Shown: positions 30,956 through 40,893, numbered from the stretch's first letter. The stretch: DNA of 64,000 bases from Candidatus Omnitrophota bacterium (GCA_018817165.1 JAHITY010000124.1:97973-161972); one strand, 5' to 3'. Program-made: numbers and translations. The notes: generated by a model not told the origin, from the letters alone.

Positions 30956-31342
30956 ATGGAAAATATTGTTGTGCGCACAAAAAGCCGGGTGGAATTGATT
31001 GATATTACTGCGCAGATCCAGGATATTGTTACGCTTAATCATCTGGACGAAGGAATTTGTCAGGTTTTTGTTCCGCATACTACTGCCGGAATTACAATCA
31101 ATGAAAATGCTGATCCTGATGTCTGTTCTGATATTATCAATTGCTTAAATAAAATGGTACCGTTTAATGATATGTATAAACATGCTGAAGGTAATTCCGC
31201 GGCGCATATTAAAGCCTCAATGCTTGGATTTTCTCTGAGTGTGATTGTTGAAGGCGGCAGGCTGCAATTAGGAACTTGGCAAGGAATTTATTTTGCGGAG
31301 TTTGACGGTCCGCGCAATCGTAAGGTTTGGGTGAAGCTATAA
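30956..31342 (+). CDS. yjbQ: YjbQ/UPF0047 family protein
   Basis: HTTAGITINENADPDV, HAEGNSAAH, LGTWQGIYFAEFDGPR. Confidence 0.93.
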   Translation: MENIVVRTKSRVELIDITAQIQDIVTLNHLDEGICQVFVPHTTAGITINENADPDVCSDIINCLNKMVPFNDMYKHAEGNSAAHIKASMLGFSLSVIVEGGRLQLGTWQGIYFAEFDGPRNRKVWVKL

Positions 31343-31463
31343 AACAGCTTAGCTGATGGCTGATAGCTCATAGCTTATAAAAAACTCAAAGAAGAATGTA
31401 AAGCCAAAAAATATTAGCTAACAGCTAAGAGCTATGAGCTAAATTTTTCAAGGAAAAATTTTT

Positions 31464-32282
31464 ATGCCTGAATTGCCGGAAGTTGAAACAATTAAAACTG
31501 ATTTAGAAAAAGTAATTCTTAATCAGACAATTACTAAGGTAGATGTCTTGCGGGCCAGCGTAGTCAAACAGCCGGAAATTAATAAATTTAAAGCTGGTTT
31601 AACAAACGCGCTGATAAAGCAAATAATCCGCAGAGGCAAACTGCTGGTCATAGATATTCAAACAAAAGATAAGAAAACTTTATATCTGACCATACATTTG
31701 CGGATGACCGGGCAGTTGGTTTACGGCGCTTTGGATAAAAAAGCGCGGGTAAGTTTTAAATTATCCAATGGCGATTATTTATGCTACAATGATCAGCGTA
31801 CTTTGGGTGAATTAAGATTAGTTAAAGATTGGAAACAGCTGAGTGTTGTTGCTAAAATGGGCCCAGAGCCTTTATCTAGTGAATTCAAACTAAATCTATT
31901 TGCTAAGATTTTGGCTAAACGCTCCGCAAAGATAAAACCATTGCTGCTTGATCAGCATTTTATTGCCGGGATCGGCAATATTTATGCAGCTGAGGCATTG
32001 TTTTTATCCAAAATAATGCCTGATCGTTTGGCTTGCAGTTTAAAACCAGATGAAGTTAAATTATTATTTAAAAATATCAAGCAGGTTTTAAATAAAGCAA
32101 TTAAATGCCGAGGATCATCTTTTAGTGATTATCGTGACGGTCATGGACAGAAGGGTAACTTTTCGCAGCATTTTTATGTATATGGCCGAAAAGCCCAGCC
32201 ATGTCTGGTTTGCAAAAATAAAATTCAAAGAATTGCTTTAGGCGGCAGAGGAACTTTTTTTTGCGGGAAATGCCAGGTCTAA
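31464..32282 (+). CDS. mutM: Formamidopyrimidine-DNA glycosylase
   Basis: MPELPEVE, HLRMTG, GIGNIYA, C-terminal Zn finger. Confidence 0.97.
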   Translation: MPELPEVETIKTDLEKVILNQTITKVDVLRASVVKQPEINKFKAGLTNALIKQIIRRGKLLVIDIQTKDKKTLYLTIHLRMTGQLVYGALDKKARVSFKLSNGDYLCYNDQRTLGELRLVKDWKQLSVVAKMGPEPLSSEFKLNLFAKILAKRSAKIKPLLLDQHFIAGIGNIYAAEALFLSKIMPDRLACSLKPDEVKLLFKNIKQVLNKAIKCRGSSFSDYRDGHGQKGNFSQHFYVYGRKAQPCLVCKNKIQRIALGGRGTFFCGKCQV

Positions 32283-32502
32283 GTCACAAAGTCACCAGGA
32301 CACCAGGTCACAAGGTAAAAGCAGAAGACAGACTATAGAAAAATAGCGGGTAAATGGTAGTCGGTGACGAAGCCCGTATTGGTAACGTTAACGGTCACGG
32401 TTAAAATTAATAAATTTTATGCCGAAAGACGTTTCCCTATAACGAAACGGGCATCGTAACCTTAACCATCACCTTTTAAAGATGTACCTTGTGTCCTTGT
32501 GA
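32283..32502. repeat. Octamer tandem repeats (GTCACAAG-like) with downstream inverted copies
   Basis: gtcacaaa gtcaccag gacaccag gtcacaag at 32283; ccttgtgt ccttgtga at 32487; same array at 47502-47533. Confidence 0.75.
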
Positions 32503-32564
32503 AATTTTTACGCAATATTCAATACGCACGACTCAATACTAAATAGTTAATACGGAGTAAATAG

Positions 32565-33407
32565 ATGTTATATGATTTGAAAGCTAAAATTGAAATCAAT
32601 CAGCAGCTAGCAGCCAGTGTTTATTATCTGGAATTAAGTATGGCGAGCATTCCGGCAAAACTTAAGCCTGGGCATTTTGTCCATATTCGTTTGATGCACA
32701 CTAATGATCCTTTATTGCGCAGGCCTTTGAGTGTAAACCGGATTGTTGAACGTAAGATTAAGAATAAAATCGTAAAAAATATCGGGATTGTTTATAAAAT
32801 TGTGGGCAAAGGGACTCATCTATTAAAAGAAATGGCAGTGGGTGAAGAAGTTGATGTTTTGGGTCCTTTGGGTAATGGATTTAATTCAAATGTTTTAAAA
32901 CCTCAGCAGCCGATCATTATGGTTAGTGGTGGAATGGGAATAGCGCCCTTGGTTTTTCTCGCTCAAAAACTAATTGCCGCTAAGTCAAAAAAACAAATTA
33001 CTGTTTTTCTGGGCATGGATACAAAAAAGAATTTAATTTTAGAAGAAGATTTTAAAAAACTTGGCTGTGCGATTCAGATATCTACTGATGATGGAAGTAA
33101 GGGGTTTAAAGGTTATGTGTCAGATTGTCTGGAAAAATATTTATCTAAAACCTATACCCTAAATCCTAAACCCTATATTTACGCCTGCGGTCCAAAACCG
33201 ATGCTCAAAGCTTTGGGGATTGTGGCTAATAAATTTGATATTCCGGGGCAAGTTTCTTTGGATGAAATGATGGGCTGTGGAATTGGCGCGTGTCTGGGGT
33301 GTGTGGTTAAAACTCATGATCCAAAGCAGGAAAAAGATTTTGTCTATAAGCGGATCTGTAAAGACGGCCCGGTATTTGATATTAATGAAATTATTTGGGA
33401 GGAATAA
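32565..33407 (+). CDS. pyrK: Dihydroorotate dehydrogenase electron transfer subunit
   Basis: LRRPLS, GPLGNGF, GGMGIAP, CGP, MGCGIGACLGC...C-DGPVF. Confidence 0.95.
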   Translation: MLYDLKAKIEINQQLAASVYYLELSMASIPAKLKPGHFVHIRLMHTNDPLLRRPLSVNRIVERKIKNKIVKNIGIVYKIVGKGTHLLKEMAVGEEVDVLGPLGNGFNSNVLKPQQPIIMVSGGMGIAPLVFLAQKLIAAKSKKQITVFLGMDTKKNLILEEDFKKLGCAIQISTDDGSKGFKGYVSDCLEKYLSKTYTLNPKPYIYACGPKPMLKALGIVANKFDIPGQVSLDEMMGCGIGACLGCVVKTHDPKQEKDFVYKRICKDGPVFDINEIIWEE

Positions 33408-33410
33408 TTT

Positions 33411-33767
33411 ATGAACCTGGGATTTGTCCTGATGGGGCTTGTCGCTGGAATATTTGGCGGTTTTTTCGGCATTGGCGGAGCAGTGGTAATGGTTCCTTGT
33501 TTGGTTTTTTTATTTGGATTTTCGCAACATCAGGCCCAAGGTACGACTTTGGCAGCAATGATTCCTCCCATCGGTTTGCTGGCTGCTTTAAAGTATTATT
33601 CTCAGGGGCATGTTAAGGTTGTGCCAGCCATGCTGATTGCTTTGGGATTTTTCTTTGGCGGATATCTTGGTTCAATACTGGTGGGTAAAGTGTCGGAAAT
33701 GATGCTGAAAAAAATGTTTGGTTTTTTTCTTTTGGCAATGAGTTTTCGATTAATTTTTTTTAAATAA
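33411..33767 (+). CDS. Half-size TauE/SafE-family membrane protein
   Basis: GGFFGIGG, QHQAQGTTLA, ~4 TM. Confidence 0.85.
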   Translation: MNLGFVLMGLVAGIFGGFFGIGGAVVMVPCLVFLFGFSQHQAQGTTLAAMIPPIGLLAALKYYSQGHVKVVPAMLIALGFFFGGYLGSILVGKVSEMMLKKMFGFFLLAMSFRLIFFK

Positions 33768-33782
33768 AGGCAGTTTAAATTT

Positions 33783-34712
33783 ATGCAGACAAGTGTAAAC
33801 CTAGGTAAATTAAAATTAAAAAACCCTGTAACCGTTGCCTCTGGAACTTTTGGTTATGCTCAGGAATTTAAAGATCTGGTTGATCTGGATTCATTGGGCG
33901 CGATAATTACTAAAACAATTACTTTAAATCCTCGCGCGGGAAATCCCACTCCCAGACTTGCGGAAACTTCTTCCGGTATGCTCAATGCGATTGGTTTGCA
34001 GAATGAAGGTTTGGATAATTTTATCAGCGTAAAGTTACCAATGCTTCAGAAAATTAAAACTAAGCTAATTGTCAGTGTTAGCGCGAATTCAGCCGATGAG
34101 TTTATTCACTGCGTGGTTGCTTTGGAAAAAGCAGATGTAGAGGCGGTAGAATTGAATCTGTCCTGCCCGAATATAAAATACGCCAAGCTTAAAAGCCACA
34201 AGGGCAAGGCTAGAATCTTTGCTCAGGATGAAAACGATACATTCCGCTTGATTAATGCGGTTGCTAAAAAAACCAATCTGGTTTTAATTGCTAAATTAAG
34301 CCCAAATGTTACTGATATAACCAGTATTGCCATGGCCGCACAAAAAGCCGGGGCGCATGCTCTGAGTTTAGTAAATACATTTTCCGCTATGGCGATTGAT
34401 ATAAATACGCTTAAGCCTCGATTAGCTAATGTGAACGGCGGTTTAAGCGGTCCGGCGATCAAGCCGATTGCCGTAAAAATGGTTTATGATGTCGCGCAGG
34501 CAGTGAATATTCCGCTATTGGGTATGGGCGGGATAATGAATGCTGATGATGCTATTGAATTTATTTTGGCCGGAGCAACCGCAATCAGCGTGGGAACTGC
34601 GAATTTTGTTCAGCCCAATGTTTCCATGGAGATTATTAAAGGAATTGAGCGGTATTGCCAAAAAAATAATATTAAAGATATTAATAAACTGATTGGCAAG
34701 TTTAGAGTATAA
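33783..34712 (+). CDS. pyrD: Dihydroorotate dehydrogenase class 1B
   Basis: ASGTFG, NAIGLQN, NLSCPN, GGLSGPAIKP. Confidence 0.97.
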   Translation: MQTSVNLGKLKLKNPVTVASGTFGYAQEFKDLVDLDSLGAIITKTITLNPRAGNPTPRLAETSSGMLNAIGLQNEGLDNFISVKLPMLQKIKTKLIVSVSANSADEFIHCVVALEKADVEAVELNLSCPNIKYAKLKSHKGKARIFAQDENDTFRLINAVAKKTNLVLIAKLSPNVTDITSIAMAAQKAGAHALSLVNTFSAMAIDINTLKPRLANVNGGLSGPAIKPIAVKMVYDVAQAVNIPLLGMGGIMNADDAIEFILAGATAISVGTANFVQPNVSMEIIKGIERYCQKNNIKDINKLIGKFRV

Positions 34713-34793
34713 TAAGATTTAATCTAGTATATGCAATAGAAATAATTTAAATAATAAGAGTTAAGCTGAAATAATTAATAAATCAGAGGTAAA

Positions 34794-35504
34794 ATGAAAA
34801 CACAATTAATTGTTGCTTTGGATGTCCCGGATTTAAAACAAGCAGAAGATCTTGTAAAAGAATTATCCCCTGTAGTTAAATATTTTAAAATCGGCATGCA
34901 GCTATTTACGGCTTGTGGTCCAAATGTTGTGCGGATGGTGCGCAAATATAATTCTGATGTTTTTCTTGATTTGAAATTTCATGATATTCCCAATACAGTG
35001 GCTCAGGCAGCCTTGAGTTCTTTGCGTTTGGGTGTTTCGATGTTTAATGTGCACGCTCTGGGCGGAGATGTAATGCTGGCCACTGTGATCCAGGCAATCA
35101 ATAAAGAAATTGAACAGACTAAACAGCCGTCGCCGATCGTGCTCGGGGTTACTGTTTTGACCAGTATGGACAGGCAGCAGTTAAACCGTGTGGGGGTTAT
35201 CCGCAGTGTGAAAAATGAAGTTGTTGGTTTGGCGGGATTATGTAAAAAAGCGGGTTTAAGCGGAGTGGTTTGTTCGGGCAAAGAGATAAAATTATTACGC
35301 CGAGTCATGGGAAAAGATTTCATTTTAGTGGTACCTGGGATCAGACCATTGGAAGCTAAAGCTGATGATCAAAAAAGAATTGTTACTCCAACTCAGGCAG
35401 CAGAGTGGGGAGCGGATTATATTGTTGTGGGTCGTCCGATAACTCAAGCCACAAACCGGATTCAGGCAGCAAAAGAAATTTTAAGTGATTTAAATAAAGC
35501 TTAA
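34794..35504 (+). CDS. pyrF: Orotidine-5'-phosphate decarboxylase
   Basis: IVALD, DLKFHDIPNT, PGIR, VVGRPI. Confidence 0.97.
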   Translation: MKTQLIVALDVPDLKQAEDLVKELSPVVKYFKIGMQLFTACGPNVVRMVRKYNSDVFLDLKFHDIPNTVAQAALSSLRLGVSMFNVHALGGDVMLATVIQAINKEIEQTKQPSPIVLGVTVLTSMDRQQLNRVGVIRSVKNEVVGLAGLCKKAGLSGVVCSGKEIKLLRRVMGKDFILVVPGIRPLEAKADDQKRIVTPTQAAEWGADYIVVGRPITQATNRIQAAKEILSDLNKA

Positions 35505-35512
35505 GGAGAATT

Positions 35513-36688
35513 ATGGAAACAGGGAAAAAAGTCAGTCAGAGTCTGATTATATCTTTGTGTCTGACTACGGTTATTCCGATTTTGGTAGCGGTTTATCTGA
35601 TCAAGCCTGATCTTTTTTTTGTTTCCGGTAAAGTCAATGCTCCGCTGATCATAGGGATTACGGTAATTATTATTGCTATGGGCGTGTATATTATGTTTCG
35701 GATAAGTCAAGCGATCAATCAATTATCGAATAATGCGACTTTATTGGCTAAAGGTGATTTAGCTTCGGTAAATAAAGCGCCAATACCCATAGAACTAAAA
35801 AAACATTCAGATGTCAGCGGTTTATCGGAATCTCTGAATCTGATTACTGAACAGCTGATTTTCAATGTCGATGAATTGGAAAGCAAAGCAATCCTTTTAG
35901 AGCGGACTAATCGGGCCTTAGAAGAAATAAATAAAACTAAAGATAAATTCATTTCATTGATGTCGCATGAGCTGCGCGCTCCTTTGATTAATATAAAACA
36001 ATGTTCGTCGATGATTTTGGAAGGGCATTTTGGGACGCTGGTTTCGCAGCAAAAGGAAAGTCTGCTGATGATCAAGAATAATTCACAAAGACTGATAGCG
36101 ATGATTGCTGATTTGCTTGATGTTAGCAAGCTTAATTCCCGCCAATTAAATTATTCACAGGTTAATATTCATGATTTGCTTGATGATGCTTTATCTACAG
36201 TCAATCATTGGTGTCAAAGCAAAGGGATAAAAATTAGTTTAAAAGGGTTGACAAAGGAGATGCAGGTTTATGCTGATTATGAAAGAATCAGGCAAGTCTG
36301 TACTAATTTACTGAGTAATGCGATTAAATATACTCGTCCACGCGGAATAATTGTAATTTCCGTAAGGATGCTCAAGGAAAAGCAAACGGAAAGTCAATTG
36401 CATGAATTTAATCAACAACCATTTGTGGAAATAGAAGTAAAAGATAATGGGATTGGGATTGCCGAAGCTGATCTGGTTAAAATCTTTGATCGGTTTGTTA
36501 AAATCAAGAATCCGGATTTCAACAATAGTTTAAACAGTACAGGTTTAGGGCTTTCGATTGTTAAGGAAATTGTGGAGATGCATGGCGGAAGTATATCCGT
36601 AAAAAGCGCAATTGAAAAAGGCAGTAGCTTTATTGTTTCATTGCCTTTAATCGAGGCTAAACAGCAGGAAGTTAATGTTGCTGTCTAA
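35513..36688 (+). CDS. Membrane sensor histidine kinase
   Basis: 2 TM + HAMP-like, SHELRAPL H-box, NLLSNAIKY, DNGIGI, GLGL. Confidence 0.93.
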   Translation: METGKKVSQSLIISLCLTTVIPILVAVYLIKPDLFFVSGKVNAPLIIGITVIIIAMGVYIMFRISQAINQLSNNATLLAKGDLASVNKAPIPIELKKHSDVSGLSESLNLITEQLIFNVDELESKAILLERTNRALEEINKTKDKFISLMSHELRAPLINIKQCSSMILEGHFGTLVSQQKESLLMIKNNSQRLIAMIADLLDVSKLNSRQLNYSQVNIHDLLDDALSTVNHWCQSKGIKISLKGLTKEMQVYADYERIRQVCTNLLSNAIKYTRPRGIIVISVRMLKEKQTESQLHEFNQQPFVEIEVKDNGIGIAEADLVKIFDRFVKIKNPDFNNSLNSTGLGLSIVKEIVEMHGGSISVKSAIEKGSSFIVSLPLIEAKQQEVNVAV

Positions 36689-36705
36689 TGTATGGATATG
36701 TTTAG

Positions 36706-36734
36706 TTGACTTAAAATCGATAATTAAGTATACT
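36706..36734 (+). promoter_or_regulatory. Sigma70 promoter upstream of yicC-gmk
   Basis: TTGACT-N17-TATACT. Confidence 0.7.
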
Positions 36735-36802
36735 ATATGTTTGATTTAAATAACTTTTAAAAACCTAAGTTATGAATTTTAAAACCAAAAAGGACGGATA
36801 AA

Positions 36803-37681
36803 TTGATAAAGAGTATGACGGGTTTTGGCAAAGGCAAGGCTGCTTATGCCGGTGGTAATATTCAGATTGAATTAAAAACATTTAATCATAAATATTTCGA
36901 GGCAGGCTATAAATTGCCGGATAATCTCCAGGAAATCGAAACCCAGGTTAAAAATACGCTTAAAAATCAGATTTGCCGCGGTAAGCTGTATCTCTGGGTG
37001 CATTATGAACAGCTGCAGGATAATAGCAATGATATTATTATTGATCAGAAAAAACTCAAACGTTACTATAAATTATTAAATGATATTAAAAAACAGCTGC
37101 ACTTGAAAGATGAGATCAGTTTGGCGCAGCTGACAGCTTATTCAGATATTATTGTTACCAAGCCGGCCAAAGAAAATAAAAAAGCTTTGTTCAAAGCAGC
37201 CAATATGGCAATTAGCCGGGCTTTAGCGGCTTTAATCGGCATGCGTAAAAAAGAAGGCTTGGCTTTATACAAAGATCTTAATACCCGGGCACAGACTATT
37301 GAAAAATCATTGCAGAAAATAAGCGTTTATCTACCGGAAGAAATAAAAGGTTTTCGGGTCAAGCTGAATAAAAAAGCCAAAGAATGTGCTGATAAAAACG
37401 GAATTAAAAAAGAGCGAATTGAAGCGGAAGTGGCTTTATTTGCTAAAAGTTGCGATATTGCGGAAGAGATTACTCGCTTAAAATCGCATTTAGCTAATTT
37501 TAAATCGTCTTTAAAAAGCGCCGGAGAAGTGGGAAAAGTACTTGATTTTATTGCTCAGGAAATTCAAAGAGAAATTAATACTATTGGCGCTAAATCCTCT
37601 GATTTTCGGATTGCCAAAGAAGTGATAAAAGTAAAAGGCGAGGTTGAAAAGATCAGAGAACAAGTTCAGAACGTTGAATAA
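36803..37681 (+). CDS. yicC: YicC/YloC family endoribonuclease
   Basis: SMTGFG, DIAEEITRL, LDFIAQEIQREINTIGAK, REQVQNVE. Confidence 0.95.
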   Translation: MIKSMTGFGKGKAAYAGGNIQIELKTFNHKYFEAGYKLPDNLQEIETQVKNTLKNQICRGKLYLWVHYEQLQDNSNDIIIDQKKLKRYYKLLNDIKKQLHLKDEISLAQLTAYSDIIVTKPAKENKKALFKAANMAISRALAALIGMRKKEGLALYKDLNTRAQTIEKSLQKISVYLPEEIKGFRVKLNKKAKECADKNGIKKERIEAEVALFAKSCDIAEEITRLKSHLANFKSSLKSAGEVGKVLDFIAQEIQREINTIGAKSSDFRIAKEVIKVKGEVEKIREQVQNVE

Positions 37682-37744
37682 ATTAAAAACATATTTATTT
37701 TATTGATGTTTCGCCAAACCGTAGCTTAAAGAATTGTGATAAAT

Positions 37745-38326
37745 ATGGCTAAAAACCACGGCAGATTGTTTGTGATTTCTGCTCCTTCTGGAGCCGGTAA
37801 AACTACCTTAGTAAATAAGGTACTTAAATTATGCCCGAATATTGTACGCTCTGTGTCGATGACTACCCGTCAAATCAGAAAAGGAGAAGCAGCAGGCCGG
37901 GATTATTTATATGTAAGCAAAGAAAAATTCGAAAGCCTTATCAAAGTCAACGGATTTTTAGAATATGCTCAGGTATTTGGCAATTATTATGGCAGTCCGA
38001 GAAAGTTCATTGAGGCTCAACTTAGACAAAAAAAAGATGTTATTCTGACAATTGATGTTCAGGGCGCAATGAAAATTCAAAAAAGCATGGCAAATAAGGC
38101 AGTATTTATTTTTATTTTGCCGCCTAAATTTTCGGATTTAAAAAAACGCTTGTTAAAGCGTAAATCTGACAGCTCTAAAGAAATAGCCAATAGATTGAGA
38201 ATTGCCAAACAGGAGATGAAATATTTAAAATATTATGACTATCAAATTATTAATGATGATATAAAAATTGCTTATCAGCAATTGCTGTCGATTTTTATAT
38301 CTACAAAATGCAAGATATTGAAATAG
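37745..38326 (+). CDS. gmk: Guanylate kinase
   Basis: SAPSGAGKTT, TTR, NYYGS, IDVQGA. Confidence 0.96.
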   Translation: MAKNHGRLFVISAPSGAGKTTLVNKVLKLCPNIVRSVSMTTRQIRKGEAAGRDYLYVSKEKFESLIKVNGFLEYAQVFGNYYGSPRKFIEAQLRQKKDVILTIDVQGAMKIQKSMANKAVFIFILPPKFSDLKKRLLKRKSDSSKEIANRLRIAKQEMKYLKYYDYQIINDDIKIAYQQLLSIFISTKCKILK

Positions 38327-38337
38327 GAGATTGGATT

Positions 38338-38541
38338 ATGGAAGAGATGGAAAAATTAGTCAAGCAAACTGGCAGTATCTTTAAATTAGCGATTTTGGCG
38401 GCAAAAAGAACTTGTGAGCTTAATAATGGTTTTAAAGCCAAAATTGATGATATTAAAGGCAAAAAATTGGCAACAATAGCTTTAGAAGAAATTGCTGAAG
38501 GTAAAATCGAATTTACTACTGATGCTGCGAGTGATGTTTGA
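38338..38541 (+). CDS. rpoZ: RNA polymerase omega subunit
   Basis: FKLAILAAKR...IALEEIAEGKI; between gmk and coa genes. Confidence 0.88.
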   Translation: MEEMEKLVKQTGSIFKLAILAAKRTCELNNGFKAKIDDIKGKKLATIALEEIAEGKIEFTTDAASDV

Positions 38542-38581
38542 TTTGTTGTTTAAAAATAAATAATTTTAAGAAAAATTTAAA

Positions 38582-39127
38582 ATGAAAAAAGCAAATAAAC
38601 AAATTTTGATCGCGGTTACCGGAGGAATCAGTGCTTATAAAGCTTGTGAGCTGGTGCGTGATCTGATGAAAAAAGGTCATAGTGTAAGCGTGATGATGAC
38701 ACGGGAAGCAACGCAGTTTGTTACTGCCTTGACATTTCGCACTTTGACCAATCAGCCGGTAATCGTGGACATGTTTGATCCGGATCTAAAATGGGATCCT
38801 TGTCATATTGCATTGGCTGAGCGGGCTGATATTGTCGCGGTTGTTCCTGCCACAGCTAATTTTATTGCTAAGCTGGCCAATGGGCTTTGTGATGATATCT
38901 CAAGCTGCGTGATTATGGCGACAAAAGCTAAGATCCTAATTGCCCCGGCAATGAATGATAATATGTACAGCCATCCGGCTTTTAAGCAAAATCTGGAAAA
39001 GGTTAAAAACTTTGGCTATCGAATAGTTTCCCCAATCACGGGTGCTTTGGCTTGTGGTAAAACAGCTATGGGGCATTTAGCGCCTGTTTCTAAAATTAGT
39101 CAGGAAATCGAAAAGCTGCTTGAATGA
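38582..39127 (+). CDS. coaC: Phosphopantothenoylcysteine decarboxylase (separate CoaC)
   Basis: TGGISAYK, PATAN, PAMN, LACG. Confidence 0.92.
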   Translation: MKKANKQILIAVTGGISAYKACELVRDLMKKGHSVSVMMTREATQFVTALTFRTLTNQPVIVDMFDPDLKWDPCHIALAERADIVAVVPATANFIAKLANGLCDDISSCVIMATKAKILIAPAMNDNMYSHPAFKQNLEKVKNFGYRIVSPITGALACGKTAMGHLAPVSKISQEIEKLLE

Positions 39128-39768
39128 AATTAAAAAAATCTGCTTTAAATGTCTTAATCAGTGCTGGGCCTACACGGGAATTTATTGATCCAGTGCGTTT
39201 TATTTCCAATAGTTCTACGGGTACCTTTGGCTATTTATTGGCCAAAACCGCAAAACAGCTGGGTCATAATATTGTGCTTCTGATGGGGCCGAGTAATTTT
39301 AAACCAATTCCTGGAATTGAAACAATAAATTTTATTAGTGCTTTGGATTTAAAAAAACAAATGGATGATTATTTTGATTGGGCTGATTGTATTATATGTT
39401 CAGCGGCAGTGGGTGATTTTAGGCCAGTTATCAGAGCGAAACATAAAATTAAAAAAAATCAGATGATGGCGCGGATCAAGCTTCGGCCGAATCCGGATAT
39501 TTTAAAAGCTTTGGGTAAAAAGAAAAAGAATAAGATTTTAGTTGGTTTTGCTTTAGAAAGCGAGAATTTGTTAAAAAACGCTCAAGCTAAATTAAAAGCG
39601 AAAAACCTTGATTTAATTATTGCTAATCAGATTGACAGCGATAAAAACCCTTTTGGCTCAGGTTTGACCAATGCTTACTTGATTGATTCTGCTGATTTTA
39701 AGCAATATGATAATATTTCTAAGGCAAAACTAGTTAGAATTATCCTTGACAGGATAAGCTCATTATGA
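39124..39768 (+). CDS. coaB: Phosphopantothenate-cysteine ligase (separate CoaB)
   Basis: AGPTREFIDPVRFISNSSTG, AAVGDF, VGFALE; ATGA overlap. Confidence 0.92.
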   Translation: MKLKKSALNVLISAGPTREFIDPVRFISNSSTGTFGYLLAKTAKQLGHNIVLLMGPSNFKPIPGIETINFISALDLKKQMDDYFDWADCIICSAAVGDFRPVIRAKHKIKKNQMMARIKLRPNPDILKALGKKKKNKILVGFALESENLLKNAQAKLKAKNLDLIIANQIDSDKNPFGSGLTNAYLIDSADFKQYDNISKAKLVRIILDRISSL

Positions 39769-39774
39769 TATTAT
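39746..39774 (+). promoter_or_regulatory. Sigma70 promoter for prepilin gene (within coaB end)
   Basis: TTGACA-N17-TATTAT with extended TG. Confidence 0.65.
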
Positions 39775-39818
39775 TTTAATGTCATAAACGTTATATTAAT
39801 ATAACAAAGGAGGTAGTA

Positions 39819-40277
39819 ATGTTAAAAAGAAGTAAGGGGTTTACGTTAATTGAATTATTGGTTGTAATGGCTGTTATTGCTATTTTAGCAGGCGCTTTAT
39901 TGCCGTCATTAGGCAGAGCCAGAGAGCAAGGCAGAAGAACGACATGTATGAATAACCTTAAACAAATTGGTTTGGGAATAGCGATGTTTAGATTAGATAA
40001 TGGCGATAACTATCCCGCAGGTTTAGATGATTTATTTAATGTTGCTTTGCCGAGTGATGGATATATTGATAATATTAATGTATTTGTTTGCCCAAGTTCG
40101 GGTAGTGCAGTTCCAGCATTACCATCTGCTGGTGATTATACTTATATTCAGCCGGCTTTAACTGCTGCGTCAACAATAATAATGTGTTCTGACGCTACTG
40201 GAAACCATGGTACTCCGGGTACTGGTGGAAATCAGCTTTCAGTCGATGGTCGCGTAGCTTGGGATCCGACTATATAG
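39819..40277 (+). CDS. Prepilin-type N-terminal cleavage protein (DUF1559-like, PVC type)
   Basis: [27 protein letters not shown]-terminal H...N..VDG. Confidence 0.9.
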   Translation: MLKRSKGFTLIELLVVMAVIAILAGALLPSLGRAREQGRRTTCMNNLKQIGLGIAMFRLDNGDNYPAGLDDLFNVALPSDGYIDNINVFVCPSSGSAVPALPSAGDYTYIQPALTAASTIIMCSDATGNHGTPGTGGNQLSVDGRVAWDPTI

Positions 40278-40306
40278 TAATTATGTGATATTGTAATTAT
40301 AAACAT

Positions 40307-40348
40307 ATTAAGCACTTAAGTTTATATACGCTTAAGTGCTTAATTTTT
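40307..40348 (+). terminator. Intrinsic terminator-like hairpin
   Basis: attaagcacttaag / cttaagtgcttaat perfect 14-bp stem followed by Ts. Confidence 0.7.
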
Positions 40349-40373
40349 GGTTTTTTGCTGATTTAGATTTTAT

Positions 40374-40448
40374 GGCGGCGTAGCCAAGTGGGAAGGCAGA
40401 GGTCTGCAAAACCTCTATTCAGCGGTCCGAATCCGCTCGCCGCCTCCA
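40374..40448 (+). tRNA. tRNA-Cys(GCA)
   Basis: Cloverleaf GGCGGCG/CGCCGCC, anticodon arm gaggt-ctGCAaa-acctc, encoded CCA. Confidence 0.93.
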
Positions 40449-40672
40449 TGAACCATTCGCTGTGCTCAGGCTTTGCCCTGTACTGCATTGCAGTACAGGG
40501 TTCATGTCACTGCCAGAAAGAAGAGCTGCGAGCGATGTGCGATTTCCCTCGCCGCCTGCTTTTGACCCAGAGCGAGCGTATTGAGTCGAAAGACCAAGGG
40601 AAAATAAAAAAACAGTAAAAAATGTTGTTATTTTGATATAAAATGTGTTAGAATAACTACTTCAGCAATACT

Positions 40673-40756
40673 GGGTGAGTGGTGGAATGGCATACACGAC
40701 GGACTTAAAATCCGTTGACTGTAATGGTCTTGAGGGTTCGAATCCCTCCTTGCCCA
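40673..40756 (+). tRNA. tRNA-Leu(TAA)
   Basis: Anticodon arm acgga-ctTAAaa-tccgt, long variable arm, GGTTCGAATCC; CCA not encoded. Confidence 0.95.
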
Positions 40757-40816
40757 TTTATTTTAAACTAGGCAATGGGGTAAAGGTTTTCTGCTTTTAC
40801 CCCATAATCCTAATAG

Positions 40817-40893
40817 GGGCGGTTAGCTCAGTTGGTTAGAGCGTTGCGTTGACATCGCAAAGGTCACAGATTCGAGTTCTGTACCGCCCACCA
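40817..40893 (+). tRNA. tRNA-Val(GAC)
   Basis: GGGCGGT/ACCGCCC, anticodon arm ttgcg-ttGACat-cgcaa, encoded CCA. Confidence 0.95.
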
